From: Paramecium tetraurelia
Lineage: Eukaryota
Length of the DNA: 64,000 nucleotides
Direction: 5' to 3'
NCBI GenBank assembly: GCA_000165425.1
Contig: CT868174.1
Location: 62,001-126,000 of the forward strand
Part shown: in pieces, positions 26,709 to 39,705 of the stretch
Numbering within the stretch: the stretch's first letter is position 1
How the letters are laid out: each line of letters begins with the position of its first letter
Program-made: the position numbers and the translations under genes
The notes under the pieces: model-generated
Databases searched by the model: none
Seen by the model: the letters and a program-made list of their open reading frames with translations, nothing else
Told to the model about the DNA's origin: nothing

Positions 26709-28668
26709 ATGCTATCAAATTATTGCAAACAATGTGGCAATCGTCACGAAGATCAAGAATGTGCAGTAAACTCAACTGTGATTGAATGGAAATACGAAGG
26801 AAATCTCGTTACCTTATATGGGTCCTGGAGTCACTTCCAAGTTGGGTACCCAATGGTGAAATCCAAGTAGCCTCCTTAGTACTTCCTTCTATGCTATTTC
26901 TAGTTTCTTACAAGCCGAAATCAATCCGCCCTTACCTCCAGGTTACCATTAATACAAGTTCAATGTTGATGGGGTTTGGAAACATGATCCCAATGCAGAT
27001 GTAATTTACAATAATTTCGGGACTCATAATAATTGGGTATGAAGAAACCCCTATTAATATAGTTGGAAGTCGTACCAAGGAAGTTGATTCAAGTGGATAG
27101 TTCTGATGATCAGGAGCCAAACTCAGATGAAGATGTTCAGTTTAGATAAAACTATAAAGTACAGAGACTCTTATGAATCTTAGCAAGACTTAATGAAAGT
27201 AAAGGTACGCACCTACTTGGACTGGAATGAGATGTTTGTGATGGGCTCTTGGGATGAATGGAAGCAACCAATCAAATTGAATAGAAAGTTTTTGGGTTTC
27301 GCAAAGAAGTACATCAATTACGCGTATTTACATCTGGCCCCTGGTTCATATCAGTACAAATTTCTCATTGCAGGATAATATGTCTATGATGAAACTCTGC
27401 CCACAGTCGATAACAATTTCTAATCCAAAAATAATATCCTTCATGTCAATCGAAAATAACTCCATTATCACCCCCAAAACTATGACAATGTCTACTTCAC
27501 TCAATACTAAATCCAAAAGAAATACGAAAGAATCCATGGCTTAACTATGACTGGCATTGGAAATGAATTCTACATTTTTGGTGGTCGAGGAACAGGCCAT
27601 AACTTCAAAAATGATCTTCACATCCTCAATCCCAGAACAAAAGAACTTAGAGTAGTAGAGGACACCAAAGGACCCATCCCTGATCCAAGAGCATTCCATA
27701 AGTAATCTATCCTCCAAAATTAGTGCAATTAAATATGGCAATAAAATAATCTACTATGGCGGACTCAATTCAGACAAAGTCTTTGATGATTATTATGTCT
27801 ACAACACAACCTCAAAAACTTGGATCCAAAGCAAACCCAAAGGATAGCTCCCCTCTCCAAGAGAAAAAGCCTCTTTGACTTTGCTTTCCAACTACCAATC
27901 ATTAATCTACTTTGGTGGATACTATTGTAGTCACGACCTTGAAGTGCAGAAGACTTACAATGATATTTATTGTCTTGATCTAACCACCATGATGTGGACT
28001 CAGTATTTATTTCAACCTAACAAATAGTTATGATCTAGATGAGCATGCACTCAAGCCTCCCCCAAGATCTGCCCATTCTGCCACTCAAATCAAAGACAAA
28101 CTCTACATCTTTGGAGGACAGTCCCTTCCTGAAGGACATTACACTCCCAATTTTAATGATTTGTGGATTCTGGATTTCTCAAAAGAAGCCAGTTGGGCCA
28201 ATTTGACTCCAGTTATGAAGGGAGAACCCCCTTCTTCCAGACATGGACATTTAGGAAGTGCTTTGGGGGGCCACTTGTTCATCTATGGAGGAAGAGGTGA
28301 GCATTCAAGTGATATTCTCGGCGATCTCTATCATTTCAATCCAGATACTTTGGTTTGGTAAAATTTGAATTAATTCAATCTTAGGACTAAACCTAAAATA
28401 CATGGAACCATACCCATTCCAAGATGTTATTGTGCTGCCGATACCATGGGAAGTGGAAATGAATTGTGGATTATTGGAGGACACAAGGGAAACATGATTT
28501 TCAATCAATAGTAATAATTCTATTCATTTCTATAGAAATCAAACTCATGTTTATGTCATGTCATTTGAAGAAAGAGATGACGATGACATCTTTAGTTCTC
28601 CTAAAGTTGTAAGTAGAAAACCTGAACCTGAATTTACAATGGATATCATAAAAGCAATAACTAAATGA
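26709..28668 (+). CDS. Protein with two AMPK-beta-type glycogen-binding (CBM48) domains and Kelch repeats
   Basis: VTLYGSWSHF...LPPGYHQYKFNVDGVWKHDP; second copy FVMGSWDEWK...LAPGSYQYKFLIAGQYVYD; then about 5 Kelch blades (YIFGGR, PDPRAFH, PSPREKAS, PPPRSAHS, PSSRHGH). Confidence 0.85.
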
Positions 28669-28750
28669 ACAATTTTTTATTATATTTATCATTGTTTAAA
28701 AATCAGTATTCAATTTATTTGTTTTTATATGATAAAATTATAGATTTAAA

Positions 28751-30023
28751 TCATTACTCATCAGTCTTTTTGTTTTCTTATTTATTTTTCATTTCCAACA
28801 ACTTTTTCTTGTGTTTTTTCTCCTTTTTTATCTCCTTCTTTATGTACTTCTCCTCTCTATAGTCATCTATTATTCCCAAGACTCTAGATTTCTTTTCCTC
28901 TTTCTACATGATGTCAAATCCCGCCTCTTCAATATCATCATCAAAATCGCTCTACTTTCTTCCCTCCTTTTTTCTAAACATTTAAATTCAAGAATTACCT
29001 TTGCAACTTTTTTAATTCGCTGACTATTTCATTAGGATCTATCTCCACATCTACACTTTCCGAATCATTAATAAAAGAATCATTCAAATCATAATCATCA
29101 TTAACTAAGTTCTTTTGTTTATTGATCTTCTAAATGCTTAAGTCTTTGATTTACGGTTTAATTGGAAAAGGCTTTGATTTTTGATTTTACAAATCCTTGA
29201 TTTTATCCTTTTTCAAAGATTAATTTGGTTATTGACTTTGATGCTTTAAATCCTTCGATTTTCCTTGCTCTTGCTAATCTTTACTTTTGCTCTTCTTTTT
29301 TGTATTGGTTTTGGATGAATTTTATAATAATTGCATTAACTTGAGATCTCCAAGATCCTTCTTAGGTAATTATTATTATGTTGACTAATTCGACGGTCCT
29401 CCTAAACTTTAAGGCGCTGCTTACTTTGGGATTTCTGAGTGAGTCTTTTTTGTCGATTCCTGCTTCTCATTGTTTTGCTGATTTTTCTTTTAGATTACAA
29501 TCTAATTTCCATTCTCATTTATTTCCTCTTCATCTTTTGAAGCAACCTTTTCTTTGATCAAGGGCTTATGTATTTTTAAAGGCTAATAAGAAGATTCCTT
29601 CTCTTTTTTCTAATTTGGTATTTATTGAGGGTTGGTTTTAATTTGCTTCTAAATATTTTCAAATTTGGATATCTCATGTTTTGATTTGACTTTTTCATTC
29701 TCCTTTTGCTTAACAACAAGCTCATTTGTTTATTTTTTCTATTCATCATGTTTTTTAGTTATCACATTATTATTTTGTTTATGCCCATTATGCTCTTTGG
29801 TCTTTAATTCGGGAATTTTTTGTTACTACGCCTTAGGAGGTGGATTAGATTTCGAAGTTTTATCAGATTTAGGTTTTGATTCAAGAATTGCTTACAATTT
29901 TAGAAAGTCCTTTTGCACTTCTGAATTATTATTAGGCTTAGTTGAATGGTTGAATTTATTCTAGGCGGTCTTATTCGAATTATCCCCTGGGGTTGACTTA
30001 ATAATTTTTTAGATCTCTATCAT
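28751..30023 (-). CDS. SPT2-like chromatin protein
   Basis: Lys/Gln-rich disordered body; C-terminal DFDDDIEEAGFDIMQKEEKKSRVLGIIDDYREE resembles the SPT2 histone-binding motif. Confidence 0.6.
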
Positions 30024-30038
30024 TAAAATTATTATTTA

Positions 30039-30960
30039 ATGGCAGAAAGAAAAGTTCTAGTTAAATATTATCCACCTGATTTCGATCCTAAGTTACTACC
30101 AAACAATCATCGTCCAAAGGGTAAATAGGATAATGTCAGAAATATGCTTCCCATGACTGTCAAATGCAACCATTGTGGGAATTATCTCTACATTGGAACT
30201 AAATTCAATATGAGAAAGGAGACAGTATGGACAGAAAACTATCTAGGTATTCTGATTCATCGATTCTACTTTAAATGCACGTACAAAATTAAATATATCC
30301 ATTAGCTATTGCTATGCTGAAATAACTTTTAAAACTGATCCTCGAAATCATGATTACATAGTTGAAGGAGGAGGAACCAGAAACTATGATCCCTACAGAG
30401 ATGCCAAGGCAGCCGAAGAAGTACTAAAATAAATGAGAGCCAATGAAGAACAAGGCGATTCCATGAAATTCTTAGAGAATAAAACCCATGATTCAAAAAA
30501 AGAAATGGACATCATGGATGCCATTGATGACACTCACCAACTCAATAGAAGATAAACCTAATTTACTCCTGACATGTTGCTTAAATAACTGTTTTATGAT
30601 TTAGATGCCCTGGAATTATAAGAGGAATGGGAAAAATCAAAAGAATATAAAGAATAATTTAAAGTTAAGAGATTATCCGATGTCAATGAAAACGAGTAAA
30701 TTAATATATTAATATTAAGAGATAAAACTATGCATAGTGTTACTCAGCATTTAAAGTAAGTTGTTGTTCAATCGTAACCAAAATAAGTGCCATAAGTAGT
30801 GAAACTAAAGTATATCAAAAAGTTGATCTGCTGTGAGAAAGAAGGAGAGAAGGTTGCCATACTCAAAGAAGAAGATAACGAAAATATTACTGTTAAGTAG
30901 GAGAACTTAAACAAAACTAATCAGACCTTGTCATTAGTGGATGATGATTATTCAGACTGA
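30039..30960 (+). CDS. YJU2: Splicing factor YJU2/CCDC94 (CWC16)
   Basis: MAERKVLVKYYPPDFDP...VRNMLPMTVKCNHCGNYLYIGTKFNMRKE...FYFKC..CYAEITFKTDPRNHDYIVEGG. Confidence 0.93.
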
Positions 30961-31618
30961 TCATTTTATATTTTAAGTATTTACCAATTAACTGGATGGT
31001 TATAATAACTAATATTTTGGTCTTCTTAAATAGACATAAAAATGTCGTTTAAATTATTGATCTGATATTTAAATGGTTAATTTAAATTATAAAAATTATA
31101 ATAGTTTAGAATACTCTAGAAATATTAAAATTCAGATATTTCACATTTCTACAAGTCTATAAATGTTAATTATTGCAATCTTAACATCAAACGATCCCAC
31201 TAATGTTGTAATAACTTCATTTGATTGTTGTTCTAAATTATAAAATCACTGATGCATATACCTTATTCAATATATATCCATTTATGATAATATATAGAGA
31301 ACCTATAAAAATTCTAAAAGTTCACAATTATGAATCAAGAGGATTAGATGATTAGATGCATGCATTCTTTGGATTCTATATATTTGAAATTTGTACAAAT
31401 TACAAAAGTTTACATTCTAAAATAAGGGGGAGCTTTTCCTTTTTATTTTATAATCAAGGGCAATAGGATAATTAGGTGTTTGTCATTACCAAGGACTTGT
31501 CAGTAGGAGGTCGTAAGTAAGATTTTGAAGAATGTTTTTGATTAAAAGTTTTATGTATTATAATCAGTCAATACCAAGGTCCATGTCATAAATTGCATTT
31601 CCCTTGTAATCAGTGGTT

Positions 31619-31831
31619 TCAATCAAGAGAATTAAGGAATTCTTCTAAATCATGTATGTCATCAGCAAGGCACTCAATTCCCGAGAAGTTCTTTATCATA
31701 GGATTTTGAGCTTCGGCTCTCAATATTTCAATATAACTAAGATCGTCATCAGTAGAGCAATCTGATCTTGTGCTTTCGATTCTTTGAATTATGGGTTAAG
31801 ATATGGTGATTGGTTTGAGAGGCCTTTGCAT
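31619..31831 (-). CDS. Small acidic hypothetical protein (70 aa)
   Basis: Clean frame MQRPLKPITISQPIIQRIESTRSDCSTDDDL...DDIHDLEEFLNSLD-TGA, with GC content above the flanking DNA. Confidence 0.6.
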
Positions 31832-32095
31832 AGATAATAAATTAATAATAATGTGTTAATCTTAGTGATGCACTTATTCATAGATAGATTATAACTAATT
31901 GAACAATCATACAATGAGTGGAAATTCTCCAAGAGTTAACCCTTAGATTTTTAAGTTCCCTCGAAAAATTGAGAGGTATTATTTATATACACACATAAAA
32001 ACTGAATACAAAATTAGAATGTAATTTTAAAATACAATTACAAATATGAATCATAATTTAGAATAAATTGTTATTTAATATGTTTCTAATAATAA

Positions 32096-33009
32096 TCATA
32101 ATTATTCCTTCACTCTTTTCTCGATCTCCACCAATACTTCTTCCTCAGTAGCTCCACCCATCAAGAATTCATGCTCTAACAATTTATCCAACGATATCCT
32201 CTTATTTGGGTCGCTTTCTAACATCGACATTATCAAAGTCTTAAATTCGATTGGAAATTGTTGTTATCTAAAACTTTCGCATTTACTCCAGAATAAATCA
32301 TACTATTTGTTATAGATTAAGGCCCACCATCCATCTCTCGCATTGGGATCATTTGTTTAAAATGGGGGGAAACCCATCGCTATTATAAACAATACGACTC
32401 CCAAAGCAAATATATCACATTTAAATAGATTCATTGTTTCATTGATGTATAATTCTGGGGCCGTGTATCCAGGAGTACCTCCAGCAGGCCTTAAATTTGA
32501 ATTTGAGAGTCTTGCAAATCCAAAATCACACAATTTGAGATTATAATCAGCGGCAATCAAAATGTTTTCTGGCTTTATGTCACAATGAGCAATCCCAGCA
32601 GTATGAAGAGTTCCTAAGACTTTAATTAGATAGCCTGACAGAGTCTTTGCTAAAGGGAATGGGAAAGGTCCCTTTTTTAATATCTTTAAAAATGTGTCAT
32701 TTGGCATGTACTCCAAAAGAACACAAGTATAATCTTCAGAATGTCCCTTCAATAGTACTGTTCCTGGATTATCAATGCGTTTAAGTATTTGTATTTCGTT
32801 CGCTAAATAACATGTAAAAAAACCTAGAGATTTATGATATGATCTTGTGACAGATTGGTCAAGACTTTCAAAGCAAACATTTCACCTGTCTTTTTGTGCA
32901 TAGCCAAATAGACTCTTGCATCATGTCCTTAACCCAAAGGAGGGTTTAAGTTGACTACGAAACATTTTTAGAAATCTTGTTAAGTAAAAACAAAAACATT
33001 GTTTCCCAT
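32096..33009 (-). CDS. Ser/Thr protein kinase (non-RD; HCD catalytic loop)
   Basis: LGQGHDARVY, FALK, AHCDIKPENIL, LCDFG, GGTPGYTAPE, CDIFALGV. Confidence 0.9.
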
Positions 33010-33146
33010 TTACATTGTATTCTCAATATTTAATCTAATTAATGATTATCAAAATTAAATTAAACATATTAACATGAACATATCTTCTAAAATTATATAT
33101 ATAAAATATTTCAATATAAATTAACATGTAGTAAAAATACTCAATC

Positions 33147-35018
33147 TCAGCACCTTTCAAAATATTTATATAAATCCTCCAATCTTAGCACTACCTGAAC
33201 ATCATTTTATATTACTGCAACACTGTACTTTTTGAAAAAAGGCAGTACAAAATCTCTGACGAATTCATTACTGTAATTTAATAAAGACAGGTATTCAGCC
33301 AACTAAATAGTGGTCTCAATATCATTATCATTAATCTGCAAAAAATATTCTTATGAATTTAAACAAATTATTCTTAATAAAGAATCTGGTTATCTCTCTA
33401 TTAATAGGACTCCTTCCGGTAATTCTCCTTGCATTATTTAAACAATAACCATATTAAATATCATCGGAATTATATTAATTAGACAGAGTTTAGTATCATT
33501 TTAAATTAGTAATTGTTGTTAATCTTATAATAATCCAACAAAGGAGATATTCTTATAAAATTCTTAAGTTTCTTTATGATGCTTTTTCTATAAAATATTA
33601 AATAATTCTAATTAAGATTCAACAGAAAGTTTAAAGCGTTGTGTTCTAGAAACCTATATTTGCTGTTTTTCTTCTTAAATTTTAGATCCTTAATTTGTTT
33701 AAATTATTTTAACACTTTCATTTTTGCTTAATTCATCATCCAATTTTGGGTTCTCGTGTTTTATATTTATACTTTCATCTATTATTGAATTGCTTTCTTC
33801 TTCAATTTTTTAGGATTATGTATTTGGTATCATGCTGTGTAAACTCTAAGACAATTAGGCCTGTGATTTTTTTGCAAATTACTATAATAAGGTCTACGTC
33901 TTTGGATCAATCCTGACCTTTTCTTTTTAATATAGTTGCTGATTCTAAAGTGATTACTTGAAGCTAAAACTATTCTTTTTCTGCTCCTCCTAAGACTTTG
34001 GTTAGAAAAGCACAGTCTGTACTAATTTCACTGTTTATTATGGAGATAACTCCTATTTTAATTTTTCTGATATTTCAGTACTAATTTCATCCTCATTCAA
34101 GAACCTTACTATTTTTTTATTTGGATGAACATTTGGATCTATGTCCTTTGGCTATAATTTTATGCTCAAATAAACATAGTATCCTCCATCTTCGACTCTT
34201 AAGCACAAGTAGCAATCCTAATAGGCCTGAGTGATTTTCTTTTTTAGAGTATCGCAATCGACAAATCTGTCATTTATGAATAGACATAATTCCCTCTTAT
34301 ATTTAACAGAACTCAATTTTGTAAATATCAGATGAGATTCATATTTATATATATCAGAACTAAATGATTTCTCTTAAATGCATGTTTAGTTAATCTTCAT
34401 AATAGATGAAATTGTATCCAATCTACTGAAAGATGAGAACTCACATTTATTCTCATAAAATAATTTGAACTAAACTTAAGAGTGATGAAGACTCAAGCTC
34501 TAAATTAATTGCAATATTGATTTTTTCTCTTCTGATTTATTCAAAGCTTACCTCCTTTTTTCCAAATTATAAAATAATTACGCTATTTAAATTTCTGTGC
34601 CATCTGAGCATCCGATAGGACTCATACTCAACAGTTTCTAACTATTGTATGTGCCTTTATATCCTAAAACTTGATCTTTTCTTTTAGAGATCACTGTCAT
34701 TTCAGAAACAAATGAAATTGAAGCCAGGGCCTCTCCTCTGAATCCAAATGAGAATAATTGAAACAAATCTTCAGCAGCTCGAATCTTACTTGTAGCATAT
34801 CTTTCACATAATAATTCATAGTCTTCCTTCATAATTCCATCTCCATTATCAATAATTCTGATTAGATCTAATCCTGCATTATTTAAATAAATGGTGATGT
34901 TTTATGCATGGGCATCTATTGAATTTTCAACCATTTCTTTTACAACTGAATAGGGTCTTTAAACTACTTCCCCTGCTGCAATTTTATTAATTACTTCTTA
35001 AGGTAATTTTTTAATCAT
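33147..35018 (-). CDS. MLH1: DNA mismatch repair protein MLH1
   Basis: MIKKLPQEVINKIAAGEVVQRP...KEMVENSIDA, DNGDGI, ERYATSK, FGFRGEALASIS, DPNVHPNK, and the diagnostic C-terminal YKYFERC-TGA. Confidence 0.95.
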
Positions 35019-35121
35019 AGTATTATTTATAATTAATTGTTTTTACTTTTATTGATTAACATTGAAATTAATTCAATATTTAATTACACTAAAAATAGAT
35101 GTTGTTTATTTTAATAATAAG

Positions 35122-35645
35122 ATGAGATTATAAGGTATACAAATCATTCTTAATCTTAGAGTTACAAATTAGAAGATAATTGTAAAGGATTACTAAATCA
35201 ACAAGGAATTATCGGAGGAATTATCATAAGCAACAGATCCAATACCTAACCTAATTAAAATGAATTAACTAAGATGGGTATATTTGAGAAACTCATCGAT
35301 TAGATTTATTTAAAACTTGATTCAATCATTAACTTCAACTTCTAATAAATCTCAAAGAAGTCAACATTTATAGAAATGTATTAAAATTTAATTTAGAAAT
35401 AAGGTCTTCAATTTTAATGACTAACATTAATTTTCGATTCTTTGATAGATGAACTAAGAAACTTGAAGAAGACTGTCTTGAAGTAACTCATTTTTATATG
35501 ATTTACAATAGATATAGAACATAATAATTTTTTAGAGAAAGAAAAACTGTAATGACATAGTAGTATTAATTCAATTAGTTTATAAAAAAAAATAAGTTTT
35601 TTAATACTTGTGCATAGTGGTGAATTTGGCATTATGAATGATTGA
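35122..35645 (+). CDS. Possible hypothetical protein (exon structure unresolved)
   Basis: Coding-like composition with intron-like gtatac...cttag and gtatt...tttag segments, but I could not fix a single frame. Confidence 0.3.
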
Positions 35646-35677
35646 TATTTTTGTATAGAAAGATATAAAGTTAAAAC

Positions 35678-36773
35678 TCAGCAAAGTTTATGAGTGCTAA
35701 CCCTCTATTTTGAGACTGGCTCAGTTGGCACGTGTTTCGACCCGAATGTGCATTTGCCCAATGGAGAATTTAAAGGTGATGTCATAGGCGATCCAAAGGG
35801 CGAACCAAAGGCAGTCCTCAATGGAGATCCCATTGGAGATCCCAATAAAGTAGTCTTTTGAGGAGATCCTAATTTGTCTGTAATTCCAGAAAGACTTCTA
35901 CAAGTGTTTATTGTTAATCCGTTATTTCTCTAAAATTTTTTGATCCATGAACTAGAAAGCAAGTCTGAAGTCGAAGGTCTTTTGTAGGTTTCCACTTCTA
36001 ACATCTATTTCATTAGTTATTTGCATTCTTCGCTAATTCCATGTTTGATAAAAAATTATCCATTTTTAGGAAGATCATTATGAAGCATTTCCTTAAAAGA
36101 TAAAAAGATTTAAATACATAGAGGACTATTCCCAAACTCCAAATATCTAATTTTTCATTTTAAAAACCATTTTTTATCACTTCTGGGGGCATATATTCTA
36201 GTGTACCACAAATTTAAGGTGCCACGTAACCCATCGAAATAGATGTGCTCCATGTAAAATCCGCCAATTTAATCTGATCTTCATGGGTTAAAAGTAGGTT
36301 GGATAACTAAGTTAAATATATCAGGTTACTTTGATATCTCTATGAAGAACATTCTTTGAATGTAAATATTGAACAGCTTATACTATTTGGACAAAGTATT
36401 TATAAGCCTTTTCCTCTCTTAATGGCCCGCTTAGCTGGATATTGGTGAATAAACATCCTCCATTGCAATATTCGAGTAACATATATAAGTATTCGTTATC
36501 TTCAAAAGCATCGACCATCGAAACAATATTAGGATGAGATAACTTTGATTGTATATTTATTTCATTCCTCAAATTCACTATATCAGTTAGACTGAGTGAT
36601 TTTTTGCTTATCTTAAATAATGAAAATTCACTTTTTACAATTTTTGCAGCAAACTAGTTAACAGAATTTACAGCCTATGCTAATAAAACAACCCCGTAAG
36701 CTCCTTTTCCAAGGACCTTATCATAAATTATATATGTTGCTTTGGTGCCTTTCACTTAAAATTATTAACTCAT
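35678..36773 (-). CDS. Aurora-like Ser/Thr kinase with SP-repeat tail
   Basis: LGKGAYGVV, FAAK, NEINIQSKLSHPNIV, HRDIK, LADFTWS, CGTLEYMPPE; the tail carries 7 Ser-Pro motifs. Confidence 0.85.
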
Positions 36774-37029
36774 AATAATGAATTTAATCCTTAACATCTC
36801 ATTTAAGAAATAAAGCAGAAAAAAACTGTGCGTTTTTCTATAAATTTATTATATTGACAATTAAATTCACCTGGTTAAAATTCTTTAAATTTTTTTTAAT
36901 TTCTCTTTTAGGTAAGTTCGCTGGCCTTACCATCACAACTGCCATCTAACCGTAAAGAAAATTATTTTCTGTATCTTCCTTTTTTGTATATATTTAGGGG
37001 AAAATTATATTTATATATATTAATTCAAT

Positions 37030-37739
37030 CTACATATTTAGAGGGGAAAACCATCCACAGTCCTTCTCAAAAATTCATTTTAAAGTTAACTTTCTTTAAT
37101 TTATTAGTTACATTACCTGCTTCAGATTTGTAAATTAATAAAGTTAATAAATTTATTTAAATTTACTTCTTTTTCATTTTAAAATAAAAAATCATTTTTA
37201 TTATCTTTTAATATCTACCATCAAATTTGAAATAATTGAATCAAAAAAATTCTTTTCTGCCTAATGTTGTTCTTACTTTAAACAAAGTCTTCTGTCTGAA
37301 TATAAATCATATCATCAGAATTACTTTTTCAATTTAAATTAATTTTAAATGATTCTCCTGATGTTCCTCAGCTTATATAGATTTAGAAATTTTATTGATG
37401 AATTGAAAAATCTCTAGATCTAAAAGTTAGTTCAAATATCAATTTTAGTTTTACTATTAAATTGCATTTATTTGTTATATTGGTTTTCTAATTATTGAAT
37501 TTTTACTTAATCGTATCCTTTAAGTTCATTTATAAACATGATTTTTAATTTTTAATTCTTGAATAACTACTCATAAACGCTATCCTTTGTTTTCCCATGT
37601 CAAATTCTATCGTAATTTTCTGCTTTTATGATTCATTTAATTTTTTTTAAATAGATACATCTTTCATAATACTTATAAATTAATATTTTCTATTAATCAA
37701 ATTCATAAATTTCTTAAAACGCTCGTCAACTTCAACCAT
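37030..37739 (-). pseudogene. Possible degraded or unresolved gene
   Basis: A frame MVEVDERFKKFMNL... runs about 123 codons; coding-like sequence continues downstream but TGA stops appear in all frames. Confidence 0.3.
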
Positions 37740-38005
37740 TTCCTTATAATTAATGATAGCAATTATTAAAAATTTTAATTTTAATAATTAATTAATTTCA
37801 TTTATGCTTTTGAGAATAGAAAACAAATTGACCATGAATTAACTCAAATATCTTCAAATAAATCCTATAAAATTATCGTTAATTATAGCTTAATATCCTT
37901 TTATAATGATTAAAACAAAGCCAAGTATCATAGTTTAGAACTAGAATAAAAAAAATAAATTATTATAAATAATACTTTATTGAATATATTGATAATACTG
38001 CTAAA

Positions 38006-39655
38006 TCATTAAATTTACTGCTATTACTTATACTTCATTAGGAGATTTTGCAAGTAAATTTATTAGCTGATTGTAGATCTTTGTAGATATCTTTCAATTT
38101 CTTAAGGCTCTGTAATTTCACTCAAACCCAGATAGAATTTCATTGGAAAGAAAAATAAATTAACAGATTATTTGTCAGCTAAATAATATTCAATATTCTA
38201 AGCAATTAACAATCTTAAACTAATTTATGCAGCAATTTTTTGAGTTAGGTTATTATTTTGAAGAACTTATAAGAATTATTATATTTAATTTTGTAACGTA
38301 GTCTTTAAAAATTTTGCAGGGAGGCGATCAGAAATTTTGCTTATATCTGAATAATTATTTTTTATTTAGCCTAATAAATTCTAAATATGATTTAATTCTG
38401 ATGTAAATAATATGCTTTTAATGTTTTTAATATTATTTATTAGTAAATCGATTATTTACTCAATTTTTACAAATAAATATTTATCTAAAATCATAAGTTC
38501 TGTTCCGTTTGTTAAAGAAGCAATTAGTTATCTTAAATTAATTAAAAATGAGATTTAATAAAGCTGAAAGTTGACATTTTAGCATAAATTAATGTTTTAT
38601 TAGATTTAATTTTCTTTATGCACTATTTGTAATTTATAAATTGACTCAATTTATTAAACATTTTGAGTGTAAGCATATTTTAATTCTTTTTTATTAATGA
38701 TTCTTCTACTAGCATGAAGCAAATTCTCATAGTATATTTATTTTTTATCAAGTGATTTTGATTTGACATTTTTTTATCTTGTTCTATTTGGAGGGTCTCT
38801 TTGCTCACTTTTTGAATTAATCTTTATAGATATGTGAGTTATATCATTTTCATAGAATCTCAATATTTCATCTAATTTTGCTTTGTGTTGAGGTAACAAA
38901 CTAGAATATCATATATTAAAATACTCTTTCAAGTTAAGAATTACTGCTTAATATGATTCTACTCTAGCTTCAGCATCAAAAATTAAAAGTAATTACAAAA
39001 TTACCGAAATTTTAGGATCTACAAAATTGCTATATAAATTTTCAAACGTATTATTCTGCATGGAAGTTCTTATGAAATTTTTATATTGAGATAATTAATC
39101 TGGATACTTGAATTAGGAAATCGGTTTCTTAAAAGTTAATTCGTAGAGAATCATCCCTATAAGCCAGATATCACTACTGATTTAGACCTTATCCTCGAAT
39201 ATAGTTTCAGGAGCTAATTGTATTAGTTCATCCTTATTCATTAAATTATGACTAAATCCATATCTATAAATCTTTATCTTAGAATTTGGATCTATCTCTA
39301 TTGCTGATGTAGATAAGCATCTTCCTAATAAAAATCTCTTATGTAATTCATAACATGTCTCCAATAATTGGAATAGAATATATAATTAATTGAGCTAATT
39401 ATTATTTCTTATTGCTGCATTAAGTAACTATTATTTTTCATAGCTTAATGTTATAGTCCCTATCCTAAAATCAACAGAAACTATTTATGCTAATGCAGTT
39501 TGATGTATTTAAGATGCATTAAGATCCCATTCAAATGCATCTTTACAATCAGTATTTTATTGAATTTGATACTCTAAAAGTAATTCATTATTAGGCATCC
39601 TTTTCAATATAGTATTATTAATTTATGAGGGTAATATTGGTAAGACTTGATTCAT
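38006..39655 (-). CDS. Pseudokinase with helical C-terminal domain
   Basis: ELHKRFLLGRCLSTSAIEI (HRD lost), IYRYGFS (DFG lost), LAPETI, SDIWLIGMILYEL. One 24-nt intron at 38901-38924; frame open to TGA at 38006. Confidence 0.75.
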
Positions 39656-39705
39656 AATTGTATCCTTTATTCCGATTTTATTTTTTTTAATAGAAATAAT
39701 TTCAT

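Noticed and set aside
23297..28668. CUL3 plus Kelch protein as a linked ubiquitin ligase module
   Set aside because: The Kelch protein shows no BTB domain, and gene adjacency in ciliates does not imply a functional cluster.
31500..31831. Selenoprotein or TGA read-through with a SECIS element
   Set aside because: Several TGAs follow in frame with no redox motif context, and I could not identify a SECIS core.
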